Shown: positions 9,242-21,044, numbered from the stretch's first letter. The stretch: DNA of 64,000 bases from an uncultured Gammaproteobacteria bacterium (GCA_963729605.1 CAVSNY010000004.1:96001-160000), one strand, 5' to 3'. Notes: generated by a model from the sequence alone, not told the origin. Numbers and translations: made by a program.

Positions 9242-10957
9242 CTACAACGCGTTTTGCAATTTCGCCTTGAGGAAATCCACCACGCCGTCGAGCGGGACCA
9301 TTTGACTGTCCGCGTCGCGGCGGCCTTTGTATTCGATTTCACCGGCGTCGAGGCCGCGGTCGCCCAGAACCAGGCGATGCGGGATGCCGATCAAATCCAT
9401 GTCGGCGAACAGGATGCCGGCGCGTTCTTTGCGATCGTCGAACAGGACGTCGATACCGGCTTGACGCAACTGTTGATACAGCGTCTCCGCCGCGGTCTGC
9501 TGGCGGGTGGATTTGTGCATGCTGATCGGAATGATCACCGCCTGGAAGGGCGCGATGGCGGCGGGCCAGATGATGCCGTTGGCGTCGTAATTCTGCTCGA
9601 TGGCCGCGGCCACCACGCGCGATACGCCGATGCCATAACAACCCATGGTCATCACCACGGCGCGGCCGGTCTCGTCGAGGCAGGTGGCGTTCATTGCCTG
9701 GCTGTATTTGGTGCCGAGCTGGAAGATGTGGCCGACTTCGATGCCGCGTTTGATGGCGAGCGTGCCCTGGCCGTCGGGGCTGGGATCGCCTTCCACCACG
9801 TTGCGGAGATCGGCGATCTCGGGTTCCGGCAGATCGCGGCCCCAGTTGACGCCGGTGAGGTGCCGGTTGTTTTGGTTGGCGCCGCAGACGAAGTCGGCGA
9901 GTTGCGCCGCGGCGCGGTCGGCGATGACGGTCGCCTTCAATCCCCGCGGGCCGAGCGAGCCCGCGTCGCAGCCGGCGGCGTCACGGATTTGTTCGGCGCC
10001 GGCGAAGGTCAGCGGCACCGCCACCTGCGGCAGTTTCTCGGCCTTGATGGCGTTGAGTTCGTGGTCACCGCGCAATACCAGGGCCACCACGCCGCCGTCG
10101 CGGCCTTGCACCAAGAGCGTTTTGACGCAGGCCCGCGCCGGTATCTTCAAGAAGGCGCTGAGGTCGGCGATGCTGTGTTGGCCCGGTGTCTCGACGAGGG
10201 TGAGCGTTTGGGCCGGCGCGGCGCGCCGTTCCGCCGGGGCGAGCGCCTCGGCCAGTTCGACGTTGGCGGCGTAGTCGCTGGCGGTGGAGAAGGCGATGGC
10301 GTCTTCGCCTGAATTGGCGAGCACGTGGAATTCATGCGAGCCGCTGCCGCCGATGTTGCCGGTGTCGGCGCGCACGGCGCGGAATTGCAGACCGAGCCGG
10401 GTGAAGATGCGGGTGTAGGCCGCGTGCATCGCGTCATAAGTGTCTTGCAACGATTCTTGATTGATGTGAAAAGAGTAAGCATCTTTCATCAGGAATTCGC
10501 GGGCGCGCATCACGCCGAAGCGCGGGCGGGTCTCGTCGCGGAATTTGGTTTGGATCTGATAGAAGTTGGCGGGCAGTTGTTTGTAGCTGCGGATCTCGCG
10601 GCGGACCATGTCGGTGATGACTTCTTCATGGGTCGGGCCGAAACAGAAGTCGCGTTGATGGCGGTCTTTGATGCGCAGCAGTTCGCCGCCGTATTGTTCC
10701 CAGCGCCCCGATTCCTGCCACAGCTCCGCCGGCTGCACCGCGGGCATCAACACCTCCTGCGCGCCGGCCGCGTTCATCTCCTCGCGCACGATCGCCTCCA
10801 CCTTGCGCAGCACCCGCAGGCCCAGCGGCAGCCAGGTGTAAAGGCCGGCGGCGAGTTTGCGGATCATGCCGGCCCGCAGCATGAGCTGGTGGCTGATGAC
10901 TTCCGCGTCGGCGGGGGTTTCCTTGACGGTGGCTAATAGCAGTTGTGATGCGCGCAT
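9242..10957 (-). CDS. proS: Proline--tRNA ligase
   Basis: [30 protein letters not shown] start, [16 protein letters not shown], the INS editing domain and [11 protein letters not shown]. The true start is the ATG at 10957. Confidence 0.97.
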   Translation of the reverse strand: MRASQLLLATVKETPADAEVISHQLMLRAGMIRKLAAGLYTWLPLGLRVLRKVEAIVREEMNAAGAQEVLMPAVQPAELWQESGRWEQYGGELLRIKDRHQRDFCFGPTHEEVITDMVRREIRSYKQLPANFYQIQTKFRDETRPRFGVMRAREFLMKDAYSFHINQESLQDTYDAMHAAYTRIFTRLGLQFRAVRADTGNIGGSGSHEFHVLANSGEDAIAFSTASDYAANVELAEALAPAERRAAPAQTLTLVETPGQHSIADLSAFLKIPARACVKTLLVQGRDGGVVALVLRGDHELNAIKAEKLPQVAVPLTFAGAEQIRDAAGCDAGSLGPRGLKATVIADRAAAQLADFVCGANQNNRHLTGVNWGRDLPEPEIADLRNVVEGDPSPDGQGTLAIKRGIEVGHIFQLGTKYSQAMNATCLDETGRAVVMTMGCYGIGVSRVVAAAIEQNYDANGIIWPAAIAPFQAVIIPISMHKSTRQQTAAETLYQQLRQAGIDVLFDDRKERAGILFADMDLIGIPHRLVLGDRGLDAGEIEYKGRRDADSQMVPLDGVVDFLKAKLQNAL

Positions 10958-11124
10958 GTCCGCTCTCTGTGAATTCGGTAGGAAAGGCGGGCATTCTAGC
11001 CCGCCGCCGGGGCGGAGGTGAACCCTTGTTTGATGATCTCGATGCCGCGGTGGATGCGGTCGTGGATTTTGCAAAGGAGCGGTGGCGCCTTCGGCGGTAG
11101 TCGCCGAGCGAAATGCCGGCGAGA

Positions 11125-11994
11125 TTAGTCGGGCTTTCGCGCGCTGAAGCGCAGGGAGAGATCGACGGCCCGCAGGTCTTTGGTAATCGCGCCCACCGAA
11201 ATGAAATCCACGCCGGTTTCGGCGACCGCGCGGATGTTGTTCAAATTGATGCCGCCCGAGGCCTCCAGTTTGGCGCGGCCGGCATTGAGGTGTACCGCGC
11301 GGGCCAGTTCCTCCAGCGGGAAATTGTCGAGCAGTATCCGCGTAACGCTCACTTCCAAGGCTTGCCGCAGTTCGTCGAGATTTTCCACTTCCACTTCCAG
11401 CGGTTTACCGGGAGAGAGGCGGCGGGCGGCACTCACCGCCTGGGCGATGGAGCCGGCGGCGGCGATGTGGTTTTCCTTGATCAGCAGCGCGTCGTAGAGG
11501 CCCATGCGATGATTGTGGCCGCCGCCGCAGCGCACCGCGTATTTCTGCGCGGCACGCAGGCCGGGCAGGGTTTTGCGGGTGTCCAGGATGCGCGTCCGAG
11601 TACCGCGCACCGCGTCGGCGTAGCGCCGGGCATGGCTGGCGGTCCCCGACAGGGTTTGCAGAAAATTGAGGGCGGTGCGCTCGCCGGTCAGCAAGGCCCG
11701 CGCCGGGCCGTGTATGTCGCACAGGGCTTGGTTCGGACTCACGTCCTCGCCGTCATGGGCGTGCCACTCGATTTTTATGCGGGGCTCGATTTGCCGGAAT
11801 ACCTCGTCGAACCAGGCCGTGCCGCATAAGACGGCCTCTTCGCGGCAGATGACCGTGGCCTCGGCCGGTGTGGAGTCGGGGATGAGTGCGGCGGTGAGGT
11901 CGCCGACGCCCACGTCTTCCGTGAGGGCGCGGTTGACCGTGGCGCCGATGTCGGCGGCGGGTGGAAGCGACGGCGCATTGTCGAGGTGGTTCAT
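11125..11994 (-). CDS. nadC: Nicotinate-nucleotide pyrophosphorylase (carboxylating)
   Basis: Motifs [41 protein letters not shown] and EASGG. Confidence 0.97.
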   Translation of the reverse strand: MNHLDNAPSLPPAADIGATVNRALTEDVGVGDLTAALIPDSTPAEATVICREEAVLCGTAWFDEVFRQIEPRIKIEWHAHDGEDVSPNQALCDIHGPARALLTGERTALNFLQTLSGTASHARRYADAVRGTRTRILDTRKTLPGLRAAQKYAVRCGGGHNHRMGLYDALLIKENHIAAAGSIAQAVSAARRLSPGKPLEVEVENLDELRQALEVSVTRILLDNFPLEELARAVHLNAGRAKLEASGGINLNNIRAVAETGVDFISVGAITKDLRAVDLSLRFSARKPD

Positions 11995-12062
11995 GGGCGG
12001 GAACAGATGGTTGCCGAAAGGCGCAGTGTAGGGAAGGGCGGCGGGAAATAAAAGCGTGTAAA

Positions 12063-12092
12063 CGACGACGCGCCCTGAAGGGCGCGTCGTCG
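12063..12092. terminator. Rho-independent terminator-like hairpin downstream of the CSLREA gene
   Basis: CGACGACGCGCCC-tgaa-GGGCGCGTCGTCG is a 13-bp stem flanked by short A/T tracts. Confidence 0.7.
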
Positions 12093-12114
12093 CCGTTTTA
12101 TCGGTTCGATTTGT

Positions 12115-14328
12115 TTAACGTCGTTGCGCGAAACGGCGCAGGAGGGGGATCAGCAACAAGCAAGCGAACATACCGTCCGTCACGCCGCCGCCGCCCTTGC
12201 CCGCGAAGTTGTTGCCGCCATCGGATCCACCCACCGCCGTAGGGCTGACCACCGGTACGGTGGCGGGCGTGGCATTGCCGCTGTCGGGGCGGAAGTTGTC
12301 GAATTGATCGGACGTGACGTCCACTTCCAGGATCAATTCACCCGCCTGGGTGGGGATCACTACCACATAGGCTTGGGCGTTGGCATAGGCGTTGATGGTG
12401 CCCATGTTGCATTGGAAGGTGGTCTCCGACGTGACGGTACAGCTGCCGCCGGGATTGTTGGTGGAGATGCTGCCTTGTTGCAGGCGTCCCCACGACGGGA
12501 GTTTGCCCGTGAGGATCACGTTGGTGGCCTGATCGGGCCCTTTGTTGGTCACCGTGGCGGTGAAGGTGACCTGCGCGCTGCCGCCGGAGGTGGCGATGTT
12601 GGGTTCGACCACGACCTTTAGATCCACCAATTGGAAGTTCCGATCGGAGTTGCTGATTTCGTAGGCGCCGATGTCGCAGAGGTTGTCGCGTAATTTGCTG
12701 CGTTGATCGATGACCGGGCAATTGACAGCGTCACCTTTATCGTGGGCGGCACTGCCGTTGAGGATGGCGTAGGTGGGAGTGGTGCCGCCGTTGTTGGTGA
12801 AGCCGGTACTGAAAAACGGCGTACCGGCGAGGTTCGATGTATCGGTGCTTTGGTTGAAACCGCAGCTGGCGCCGGTATCGATGTTATGACCCTTTGAAGT
12901 AATCAAAGTCACTTCACCGCCGCAGGCGGCCGCCCCGCTGCTATTGCCGATAATGGAATTGACGACGTTGGTCTTTACCAAGCTGCTGTCGGTGATACAG
13001 GACGGATTCTGGTCGGTCTTGGTGCCGCAGGCGAAGATTTCGCTGCCGGGCCGGTTGGCGCTGGTGTTATTGTAAATCGTCGAATTGGTGATATCGGCGG
13101 CGCGATGGTTATAAACACCGCCGCCTTCGATCGCGGCGGTATTGTTGGTGACGGTGGTGTTGATCAACGACAAGGCGCCCTGGCCGCTGTTGTAAATGCC
13201 GCCACCTTGATTGGAGGCGGTGTTGTTATAAACCGCGCTGTGGGACAGGTCCATGGACGCGAAGTTGGCGACGCCGCCGCCGGTAAAACCGGCGGTGTTG
13301 GTATGGACGCTGGTGCGGCCGATGATCATGCCGCCGCCGGCGTTCTCGATACCGCCGCCCGCGGTGGCGGCGCTGTTGTTGTTGATCGTGGACAGTTCCA
13401 AGTTGACGAGACCGAATAGATTACGGATGCCACCGCCTATGGTGGCGCTGTTGCTGCTGAAGGTGGTGTTGATGAGGGTGGCCTTGGCGGCGTTGATGGA
13501 TAAACCCGTGCCGCCGGTGTTTTGCAGGCCGCCGCCGCCGGCGCCCTGGCCCGCGGCGTTATTGCCGCTGATGGTGCTGTTTTCAATGCGCAGGGTGGCC
13601 TCGTTGTAGATGCCGCCGCCGCCGATGCCTTGGCTGCGGGTCTGCGCGACGTTGTTACGCACGATAGAATCGGTGAGGGTGAGACGGCCGCTATTGAAGA
13701 TGCCACCGCCGGTGCCGGCGTTGTTCAGGCCGCCTGGATTGTCCGCGGTGTTGTCGCTGACGATGACGTCGTTCAGGGTGACCGTGCCGTTGACGTTGTA
13801 GATGCCGCCGCCCACGGAATTGTTGATGCGGCCGTTTTTGATGGTGACACCGGAGATGTTGACGGTGGCGCCGCCCAGGATGTGAAAGACCCGGTCGATG
13901 GCGTTACCATTGATAATGGTGGTGGCCCGGTCCGCGCCGATAATGGTGAGGTCTGTGGTAATGTCCAGGTCGCCGGTGGCGGACAGGTCTTCGCCAGTGC
14001 CTGGGTTCGTGTTTTGGATGGTCAACAGGTATTCGCCCGCGGGGAGTTCAATGATATTGCTGAAGCCGTTGGCGTTGGCCTGTTGAATGGCGGCCCGCAG
14101 GGTGCATACCCCACCCCCCGACGGGGAGGGCTGGCAAGAAACATTGTTGCTAGTGTCGTCATTGAATGCGTTGACTGTGTAGGTTGCGGCGTAAGCCGAT
14201 GTCCCTGCGGACAAACCGATGAGCAGGACGCTCAATTTGCACAAACGCGGGAGAAGGCTCAAGCAATCGGTAGCGAGCGCGCGTAAGCCGTTGGTTATGG
14301 TCATGGTCATTGTCTCTACCTGCGGCAT
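12115..14328 (-). CDS. CSLREA-domain surface beta-helix protein with choice-of-anchor Q and DUF11-like domains and a GlyGly-CTERM tail
   Basis: Signal peptide, CTLRAAIQQAN (CSLREA), many GGGI.N repeats, DQR...CDIGAYE, an Ig-like VTNKGPDQATNV domain, and C-terminal GGGG-hydrophobic-RRFAQRR. Confidence 0.82.
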   Translation of the reverse strand: MPQVETMTMTITNGLRALATDCLSLLPRLCKLSVLLIGLSAGTSAYAATYTVNAFNDDTSNNVSCQPSPSGGGVCTLRAAIQQANANGFSNIIELPAGEYLLTIQNTNPGTGEDLSATGDLDITTDLTIIGADRATTIINGNAIDRVFHILGGATVNISGVTIKNGRINNSVGGGIYNVNGTVTLNDVIVSDNTADNPGGLNNAGTGGGIFNSGRLTLTDSIVRNNVAQTRSQGIGGGGIYNEATLRIENSTISGNNAAGQGAGGGGLQNTGGTGLSINAAKATLINTTFSSNSATIGGGIRNLFGLVNLELSTINNNSAATAGGGIENAGGGMIIGRTSVHTNTAGFTGGGVANFASMDLSHSAVYNNTASNQGGGIYNSGQGALSLINTTVTNNTAAIEGGGVYNHRAADITNSTIYNNTSANRPGSEIFACGTKTDQNPSCITDSSLVKTNVVNSIIGNSSGAAACGGEVTLITSKGHNIDTGASCGFNQSTDTSNLAGTPFFSTGFTNNGGTTPTYAILNGSAAHDKGDAVNCPVIDQRSKLRDNLCDIGAYEISNSDRNFQLVDLKVVVEPNIATSGGSAQVTFTATVTNKGPDQATNVILTGKLPSWGRLQQGSISTNNPGGSCTVTSETTFQCNMGTINAYANAQAYVVVIPTQAGELILEVDVTSDQFDNFRPDSGNATPATVPVVSPTAVGGSDGGNNFAGKGGGGVTDGMFACLLLIPLLRRFAQRR

Positions 14329-14587
14329 GGTAATTTGTATAACGGCGTGATGCCGGTATTTCTTTACCGTAGAATGATCCTGATACAGTCCCCCTAAACA
14401 GAATAACTTTTTGATTAAGTAGTCGATTCTGTTGTGGGCCGGGGTGATGGGCTGGTGTATGGGATTTGGAGTTGCTCCCGCCCCGGCGTTTCCGTTAGAC
14501 GAAATTTAATGCTTTGTATACTAGCACAGGCTCAATTTTAACTTCCAGGTTTAAGCGATTTGGACAAGGTGAAGGAAACGAAGGCGC

Positions 14588-17398
14588 ATGAGCGGGACGG
14601 GGATGGCGGCAGGGAGTATTCAGCAAGACGAACGTCTCCTTGAAATTATTAATAATTTAGTTAAAGAACTACGCGGTGCGAATGGCGCGCGCGCCCACCT
14701 GGACAGCGCTTTCGACCGCGATTTGGGGCTGGACAGCCTGGCCCGCGTGGAACTGGTGCTGCGCGTCGAACGGGCCTTCGCCGTACGCCTGCCGGAGTCG
14801 GCTTTGGGCGAGGCGGAAACGGCGCGCGCCCTGCTGGCGGTCATCGCGGCGGCGGGTGGCGGGGTGGCTGTCGAGCGCGCGGCCGACTTTATCGCTACCA
14901 GTGACGGGCCCGGCCGGGGTGCGCCGGTCCAGGCCGCCACCCTGGTCGAGGTACTGGAGTGGCATGTGGCCGCCGAGCCCGACCGGGTTCATATCTATCT
15001 TTATTCCGGCGACGACCCCCCCACCCCGCTGACCTACCGGGACTTGTATAACGAGGCGCAACGGGTGGCGGCGGGTTTGCGCGGCCGCGGCGTGGCGCCG
15101 GGACAGGCGGTGGCGCTGATGCTGCCGACCGGTCGGGATTTCCTGGTGAGTTTTTTCGGCATCCTGCTGGCCGGGGCGGTGCCCGCGCCGCTTTATCCGC
15201 CGGTGCGGCGTGCCGCCGCGGAAGAGCATCTGCGCAGGCAGGCGGTCATCCTCAATAATTGCCTGGCGCCGCTGTTGATCACCCTACCCGAAGTCAGCGC
15301 GTTGTCCGCCGCGGTGCGGGGGCTGGCGCCGGCGTTGCAGGCGGTGCTGACGATGGACGAATTGGCCGGCGACGGACCGGCCGAGCGGCCGCGGGTGCGC
15401 GGCGCCGATCTCGCCCTGCTGCAATACACCTCGGGCAGCACCGGCGACCCGAAGGGCGTGATGCTGACCCACGACAATCTGCTGGCCAATGTCCGCGCCA
15501 TGGGGCAGGCGGCCGAGGTGCGCGGCGACGATGTGTTCGTGAGCTGGCTGCCCCTTTATCACGACATGGGTTTGATCGGGGCCTGGCTGGGCAGTCTTTA
15601 TCACGGCCTCCCCTTGGTGCTGATGTCGCCGCTGACGTTTTTGGCGCGGCCGGTGCGCTGGCTGCGCGCCATCCATCGTCATCGCGGCACCCTGTCCGCC
15701 GGACCCAACTTCGCCTATGAATTGTGCGCCGGCAAAATCACCGATGAAGAGCTGGCCGGTATCGATTTGAGCACCTGGCGGCTGGCCTTCAACGGTGCCG
15801 AACAAGTGAGCGCGGAGACCGTGCGTCGTTTCAGCGCGCGCTTCGCGCCCTACGGCTTCCGGCTGCGGACCATGGCCCCGGTCTACGGGTTGGCGGAGTC
15901 CTCGGTGGGTTTGGCCTTTCCGCCCCTCGGCCGCGAACCGGTGATCGATTACGTCGCGCGCGCCGTGCTGGCCAGCCGGGGCTGGGCCGAGCCGCAACCC
16001 GCTCAATCGGCGGATACCGCCAGTTTCGTAGCCTGCGGCCGGGCCTTGCCGGGCCACGCGCTGCGCGTTGTCGATGAGCGTGACCAGCCTTGCGAAGACC
16101 GCCGCGAGGGGCGGGTGCAATTTCGCGGGCCGTCTTCCTGCCAGGGTTATTTCCGCAATCCCGAGGCCACGGCCCGGCTGATTTATGGCGACTGGCTGGA
16201 TTCGGGCGATCGCGGTTACCTGGTCGCCGGCGAGCTGTTCATCACCGGCCGGATCAAGGACATCATCATCCGCGCCGGCCACAATATTTATCCTTACGAA
16301 TTGGAATCGGCGGTGGGCGCCCTCGCGGGCATCCGCGGGGGCGGCGTGGCGGCCTTCGCCAGCCGCGATGAACGGTTGGGCACGGACCGCTTGGTCATCC
16401 TCGCCGAGACCCGCGAGACCCGCGACCCGCAGCGCGAACAGCTGCGCGCCGCCATCACCGAGGCGGTGGTGGGCGTGATCGGCAATCCGCCCGACGAGGT
16501 GGTGCTGGCGCCGCCGCGCACCGTGCTCAAAACCTCCAGCGGCAAGGTGCGCCGCGACGCCACCCGCCGGCGTTACGAGCGGGGCGAGACGGATCATCCG
16601 CCGGCGCCGCCGTGGCGGCAGGCTTTGGGGTTGGCGAGCGCCGGACTGGGTACGTGGCTGTGGCGCGGCGCCGGTCAAGCCGCGGCCGGGCTGTTCGCGG
16701 CGTATGTATGGCTGGTATTTCTAGCGGGCGCGTGTTTGGCGGTGGCGGGCGCCGTCGCGCTGCCCACGCTGCGGGCGCGTCAAACCGCCTGCAAACAGGC
16801 CGCGCGGCTGACCGCGATTTTGGCGGGGATACGGATTACGGTAGACGGCCAAGCGCATCTTGCCGGTGACGCGCCCCGGATCGTGGTGGCCAATCACGCC
16901 AGCTACGTGGACGCGCTGATTCTGACGGCGGCCCTGCCCGTGGGGCTGCATTACGTGGCCAAGCGGGAATTGGCGGATCAACCCGTGGTCGGCTGGTGTC
17001 TGCGCCGCATCGGTTGTGAATTCGTCGAGCGCTTCGACACCCAGCAAAGCGCCGCCGCCGCGAACCGCTTGGAGGAGAAGGTGCGCGCCGGCCACTCGCT
17101 GGTGTTTTTTCCGGAAGGCACCTTCGGGACCGCGCCGGGTCTGCGGCCGTTTCGCATGGGCGCGTTCATCGCCGCGGCGCGGGCCGGGGTGGCGGTGGTG
17201 CCGGTGGCCTTGCGCGGCACCCGCGCCATCCTGCCGTCTGGTTCGTGGTGGCCGCGCCGGGGGGCGGCGGCGGTCATCGTCGGCGCTCCCTTGCGCGCGC
17301 CCGGGGAGGATTGGCGCGCCGCGGTGGATTTGCGCGACCGCGCGCGCGCGGAGATTCTCCGCGCCAGCGGCGAGCCGGAATTGATCGCGCTGAATTGA
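14588..17398 (+). CDS. ACP-FAAL(AMP-binding)-PlsC acyltransferase fusion
   Basis: N-terminal LGLDSLARVEL (ACP). QYTSGSTG.PKG, SWLPLYHDMGLIG and GPNFAYEL (FAAL). C-terminal NHASYVD and FFPEGT (LPLAT). Confidence 0.9.
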   Translation: MSGTGMAAGSIQQDERLLEIINNLVKELRGANGARAHLDSAFDRDLGLDSLARVELVLRVERAFAVRLPESALGEAETARALLAVIAAAGGGVAVERAADFIATSDGPGRGAPVQAATLVEVLEWHVAAEPDRVHIYLYSGDDPPTPLTYRDLYNEAQRVAAGLRGRGVAPGQAVALMLPTGRDFLVSFFGILLAGAVPAPLYPPVRRAAAEEHLRRQAVILNNCLAPLLITLPEVSALSAAVRGLAPALQAVLTMDELAGDGPAERPRVRGADLALLQYTSGSTGDPKGVMLTHDNLLANVRAMGQAAEVRGDDVFVSWLPLYHDMGLIGAWLGSLYHGLPLVLMSPLTFLARPVRWLRAIHRHRGTLSAGPNFAYELCAGKITDEELAGIDLSTWRLAFNGAEQVSAETVRRFSARFAPYGFRLRTMAPVYGLAESSVGLAFPPLGREPVIDYVARAVLASRGWAEPQPAQSADTASFVACGRALPGHALRVVDERDQPCEDRREGRVQFRGPSSCQGYFRNPEATARLIYGDWLDSGDRGYLVAGELFITGRIKDIIIRAGHNIYPYELESAVGALAGIRGGGVAAFASRDERLGTDRLVILAETRETRDPQREQLRAAITEAVVGVIGNPPDEVVLAPPRTVLKTSSGKVRRDATRRRYERGETDHPPAPPWRQALGLASAGLGTWLWRGAGQAAAGLFAAYVWLVFLAGACLAVAGAVALPTLRARQTACKQAARLTAILAGIRITVDGQAHLAGDAPRIVVANHASYVDALILTAALPVGLHYVAKRELADQPVVGWCLRRIGCEFVERFDTQQSAAAANRLEEKVRAGHSLVFFPEGTFGTAPGLRPFRMGAFIAAARAGVAVVPVALRGTRAILPSGSWWPRRGAAAVIVGAPLRAPGEDWRAAVDLRDRARAEILRASGEPELIALN

Positions 17399-17681
17399 TC
17401 GAAAAGCCAACCATAAAAGCTACGGAGGATACGGAGCAGCGGCATATCGTGTCATGGGGCGACTCGTCTCCTGGATGAGTTTCACCAGATATTCGTGCCC
17501 GTCGTTGGTGAACCGCTTTTTTAGAATTTTCTCCAAAGGGGGCGCATCGTGTCCGCCTAGGTTTCGGCGGGCCAGATCCGGGTCATCAAACCGACTATTT
17601 CCCGTTATCCTTTCCCAACTTTCCCGCCATGAATGGCGCGCGCCACCTCAAGGCGCAGGGCCATTATTCCGCGTGCCGTAT

Positions 17682-18044
17682 TCAGCCTTGCAGAATTTCC
17701 GTGTCGTCGTGGGAGTAAGCCGGTGAGGAACAACACAAGAGCCGCAGCTCCGTATCGTTAGGGTTAACAAGAGCGTGGGGCGTGCCGGGTGGAATACACA
17801 CCGTGTCCCCCGGATTCACGATGAACTCCTCATCCCCCAAGCGCATGCGGCCTTGCCCGGCGGTGAAATGATAAATCTCTTCGCTCAATCGATGACGATG
17901 GGCGAGGGTGGCGCTGCGCGCCGGCACGACGGCCTCGGCCAGGCTTTGCGCGCGGTTGCCGTGGGCTCGCGGGTGCATCAGCTCGCGAATGAGGGAACCG
18001 TCTTTGGTCACGAACGGCGTGATGGCCCGGTAAGCGGTTTTCAT
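17682..18044 (-). CDS. Cupin domain protein
   Basis: Cupin motifs HRHRLSEEIY and PPGTPHAL.N. Confidence 0.85.
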   Translation of the reverse strand: MKTAYRAITPFVTKDGSLIRELMHPRAHGNRAQSLAEAVVPARSATLAHRHRLSEEIYHFTAGQGRMRLGDEEFIVNPGDTVCIPPGTPHALVNPNDTELRLLCCSSPAYSHDDTEILQG

Positions 18045-18145
18045 GAGGGGATTCCGCAGGTGTTTTGTCCGGCATTGTGGGCGCGAACGCGGATTGCGAC
18101 AAGTCGCGCGCCGCGTCGCGGGTGATTTTATCGCGCATGAGGGTG

Positions 18146-18174
18146 CTTGAAAGCGGCGATGAGCTACCCTATGT
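18146..18174 (+). promoter_or_regulatory. Sigma32 (RpoH)-like promoter of clpB
   Basis: CTTGAAA-N14-CCCTATGT is close to the heat-shock consensus CTTGAAA-N13/14-CCCCATnT and lies just upstream of clpB. Confidence 0.75.
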
Positions 18175-18211
18175 ATAGAGGGGTCATAATTGTTTGCCGA
18201 GGATCGTGTTT

Positions 18212-20797
18212 ATGCGCATGGATAAATTGACCAGCAAATTCCAAATGGCCCTGTCCGACGCCCAGAGTCTGGCGGTGGGGCGCGACCATCAATTCATCGA
18301 GCCGGTGCATTTGTTGATCGCCTTGCTCGATCAGGACGGCGGCACCGTGCGCCACTTGCTGGGTCAGGCGGACGTGAACGTCAACCAGTTGCGCTCGCAA
18401 TTGGGTGAAATCCTGGAACGTCTCCCCAAGGTGGAAGGCGCGGCCGGCGAGGTGCATCTCTCCAACGATCTCGGCCGGCTGCTCAACGTGACCGACAAGC
18501 TGGCGCAGTCCCGCAAAGACCAATACATTTCCTCGGAATTGTTCGTGCTGGCGGCCCTGGAAGACCGCGGCGCGGTAGGCGAGGCCTTGCGCAAGGCCGG
18601 CGCCAGTAAGGGCATGCTCGAACAAGGCATCGAAAAACTGCGCGGTGGCCAGAAGGTGGACGATCCCAACGCCGAGGAGCAACGCCAGGCCCTCGATAAA
18701 TACACCATCGACCTCACCGAGCGCGCCGAACAGGGCAAGCTCGACCCGGTGATCGGCCGTGACGACGAGATCCGCCGCACCATACAAGTCTTGCAGCGCC
18801 GCACCAAGAATAATCCGGTGCTGATCGGCGAGCCCGGCGTGGGCAAGACCGCCATCGTCGAAGGCCTCGCGCAGCGCATCATCGACGGCGAGGTGCCGGA
18901 GGGGCTCAAGGGTAAGCGGCTTCTGTCGTTGGACATGGGCTCGCTGATCGCCGGCGCCAAGTTTCGTGGCGAATTCGAGGAGCGTCTCAAGGCGGTGCTC
19001 AATGATCTGAAAAAACAAGAAGGCCAGATCATCCTGTTCATCGACGAATTGCACACCATGGTGGGCGCCGGCAAGGCCGAAGGCGCGATGGATGCCGGCA
19101 ATATGCTGAAACCGGCGCTGGCGCGCGGCGAGTTGCATTGCGTGGGCGCGACCACGCTCGACGAGTTCCGCCAATACATCGAGAAGGACGCGGCGCTGGA
19201 ACGGCGTTTCCAAAAGGTGCTGGTGAACGAGCCCAGCGTCGAGGACACCATCGCGATACTGCGCGGCCTCAAGGAAAAATACGAAGTACATCACGGCGTC
19301 GAGATCACCGATCCGGCCATCGTCGCCGCGGCGACGCTGTCGCACCGCTACATCACCGACCGTAATCTGCCCGACAAGGCCATCGACCTCATCGACGAGG
19401 CCGCCTCGCGCATCCGTATCGAAATCGATTCCAAGCCCGAGGTGATGGACAAACTCGACCGGCGCTTGATCCAGCTCAAGATCGAGCGCGAGGCGCTCAA
19501 GAAGGAGCACGACGAGGCCTCGCGCAAGCGGCTCGATATCTTGCAGGGCGAAATTAGCAAATTGGAGCGCGAATATTCCGACCTCGAAGAGGTGTGGAAG
19601 GCGGAGAAGGCGACACTGCACGGCGCGCAGCACATCAAGGAAGAGCTGGATCAAGTGCGTCAGGAGTTCGAGACCGCGCGCCGCGCCGGCGACCTCGTCC
19701 GCATGTCCGAACTGCAATACGGCCGCATTCCCGAGCTGGAAAAAAAGCTGGCGCAAGCCGGTAAGACCGAATCCCATGAACTCACATTGCTGCGCAACAA
19801 AGTGGGCGATGAAGAAATCGCCGAGGTCGTTTCCAAATGGACCGGCATTCCGGTTTCGAAGATGTTGGAAGGCGAGCGCGAAAAACTGCTGCACATGGAA
19901 GAGGCGCTGCAACAGCGGGTGGTGGGACAGGCCGAGGCGGTGAAGGCGGTGGCCGACGCCATCCGTCGCGCGCGGTCGGGCTTGTCCGATCCCAATCGCC
20001 CCAACGGTTCGTTTTTATTTCTGGGTCCCACCGGCGTCGGCAAGACCGAACTCACCAAGGCGCTGGCGTCGTTTTTGTTCGACACCGACGAGGCGATGGT
20101 GCGCATCGACATGTCGGAGTTCATGGAAAAACATTCGGTGGCGCGGCTGATCGGCGCGCCGCCCGGTTACGTCGGGTATGAAGAGGGCGGTTATCTCACC
20201 GAGGCGGTGCGGCGCAAACCTTATTCGGTGATCCTGCTCGACGAGGTGGAGAAGGCCCATCCCGAGGTGTTCAATGTCTTGTTGCAGGTGCTGGACGACG
20301 GGCGCCTTACCGACGGCCAGGGCCGCACCGTGGATTTCCGCAACACGGTGATCGTGATGACCTCCAATCTCGGTTCGCAATTGATCCAGGAGTTGAGCGG
20401 CGAGGAAAATTACGCGGAGATGAAGGACGCGGTGATGGAGATCGTCGCCAAACATTTTCGTCCCGAGTTCGTCAATCGCATCGACGAGGTGGTGGTGTTC
20501 CACCCCCTCGGCCGCGAACACATCCGCTCGATCAGCGACATTCAACTGAGTTATCTGCGCAAGCGGCTGCGGGAGCGCGACATGGATTTGCTGTTGAGCG
20601 ACGCGGCGAAAGATAAATTGGGCGAGGCCGGTTTCGATCCCGTGTACGGCGCGCGGCCCTTGAAGCGGGCGATTCAACAGCTGGTGGAAAATCCGCTGGC
20701 GCAGGCGATTCTGGCGGGTCAGTTCGTCCCCGGCGACATGATCCGGGTGGATGTCGCCGGCGATCGTTTGCAATTCAGCCGGGAAAAACGCGAGTAG
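18212..20797 (+). CDS. clpB: ATP-dependent chaperone ClpB
   Basis: [11 protein letters not shown] start, two AAA+ modules ([16 protein letters not shown]), a coiled-coil M domain and GARPLKR. Confidence 0.98.
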   Translation: MRMDKLTSKFQMALSDAQSLAVGRDHQFIEPVHLLIALLDQDGGTVRHLLGQADVNVNQLRSQLGEILERLPKVEGAAGEVHLSNDLGRLLNVTDKLAQSRKDQYISSELFVLAALEDRGAVGEALRKAGASKGMLEQGIEKLRGGQKVDDPNAEEQRQALDKYTIDLTERAEQGKLDPVIGRDDEIRRTIQVLQRRTKNNPVLIGEPGVGKTAIVEGLAQRIIDGEVPEGLKGKRLLSLDMGSLIAGAKFRGEFEERLKAVLNDLKKQEGQIILFIDELHTMVGAGKAEGAMDAGNMLKPALARGELHCVGATTLDEFRQYIEKDAALERRFQKVLVNEPSVEDTIAILRGLKEKYEVHHGVEITDPAIVAAATLSHRYITDRNLPDKAIDLIDEAASRIRIEIDSKPEVMDKLDRRLIQLKIEREALKKEHDEASRKRLDILQGEISKLEREYSDLEEVWKAEKATLHGAQHIKEELDQVRQEFETARRAGDLVRMSELQYGRIPELEKKLAQAGKTESHELTLLRNKVGDEEIAEVVSKWTGIPVSKMLEGEREKLLHMEEALQQRVVGQAEAVKAVADAIRRARSGLSDPNRPNGSFLFLGPTGVGKTELTKALASFLFDTDEAMVRIDMSEFMEKHSVARLIGAPPGYVGYEEGGYLTEAVRRKPYSVILLDEVEKAHPEVFNVLLQVLDDGRLTDGQGRTVDFRNTVIVMTSNLGSQLIQELSGEENYAEMKDAVMEIVAKHFRPEFVNRIDEVVVFHPLGREHIRSISDIQLSYLRKRLRERDMDLLLSDAAKDKLGEAGFDPVYGARPLKRAIQQLVENPLAQAILAGQFVPGDMIRVDVAGDRLQFSREKRE

Positions 20798-20960
20798 TTT
20801 AATTTTAAAATTCTCCGCGCTTGCCGCCGGGACCAGGCGATGGCGGATGCTCAAGGAGGAGAGGGCGTAGTCGGGGGCGCGCGATTCTTTTCTTTGAGCA
20901 AGCGGGGTTTCATTTCCCGTGCGAGGTTAGACCAATTTAATACCAACATTTCCCTCCCCC

Positions 20961-21005
20961 ACGGCATGTGCGTCTTCCCCTCAAGACCGCATGCCGTTTT
21001 TTTTG
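20961..21005 (+). terminator. Rho-independent terminator downstream of clpB
   Basis: ACGGCATG...CATGCCGT stem followed by a T run. Confidence 0.65.
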
Positions 21006-21044
21006 AGACGTGATCGCCGACGCCCTGCCGGATTGTTACCAGCC

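Noticed and set aside
17420-17536. 38-codon minus-strand ORF LEKILKKRFTNDGHEYLVKL with a superficial chromodomain-like look
   Set aside because: TTG start without a good RBS, too short, and lacking the conserved Trp; probably chance or a gene relic.
18164-19912. Long antisense ORFs (582 aa here; similarly 415-2259, 5615-7351, 41310-42428)
   Set aside because: These are shadow frames of well-supported genes on the opposite strand, expected in high-GC DNA.
20798-21005. Possible sRNA or riboswitch between clpB and the terminator
   Set aside because: No recognisable aptamer or RNA-family motif; it is adequately explained as a 3' UTR plus terminator.
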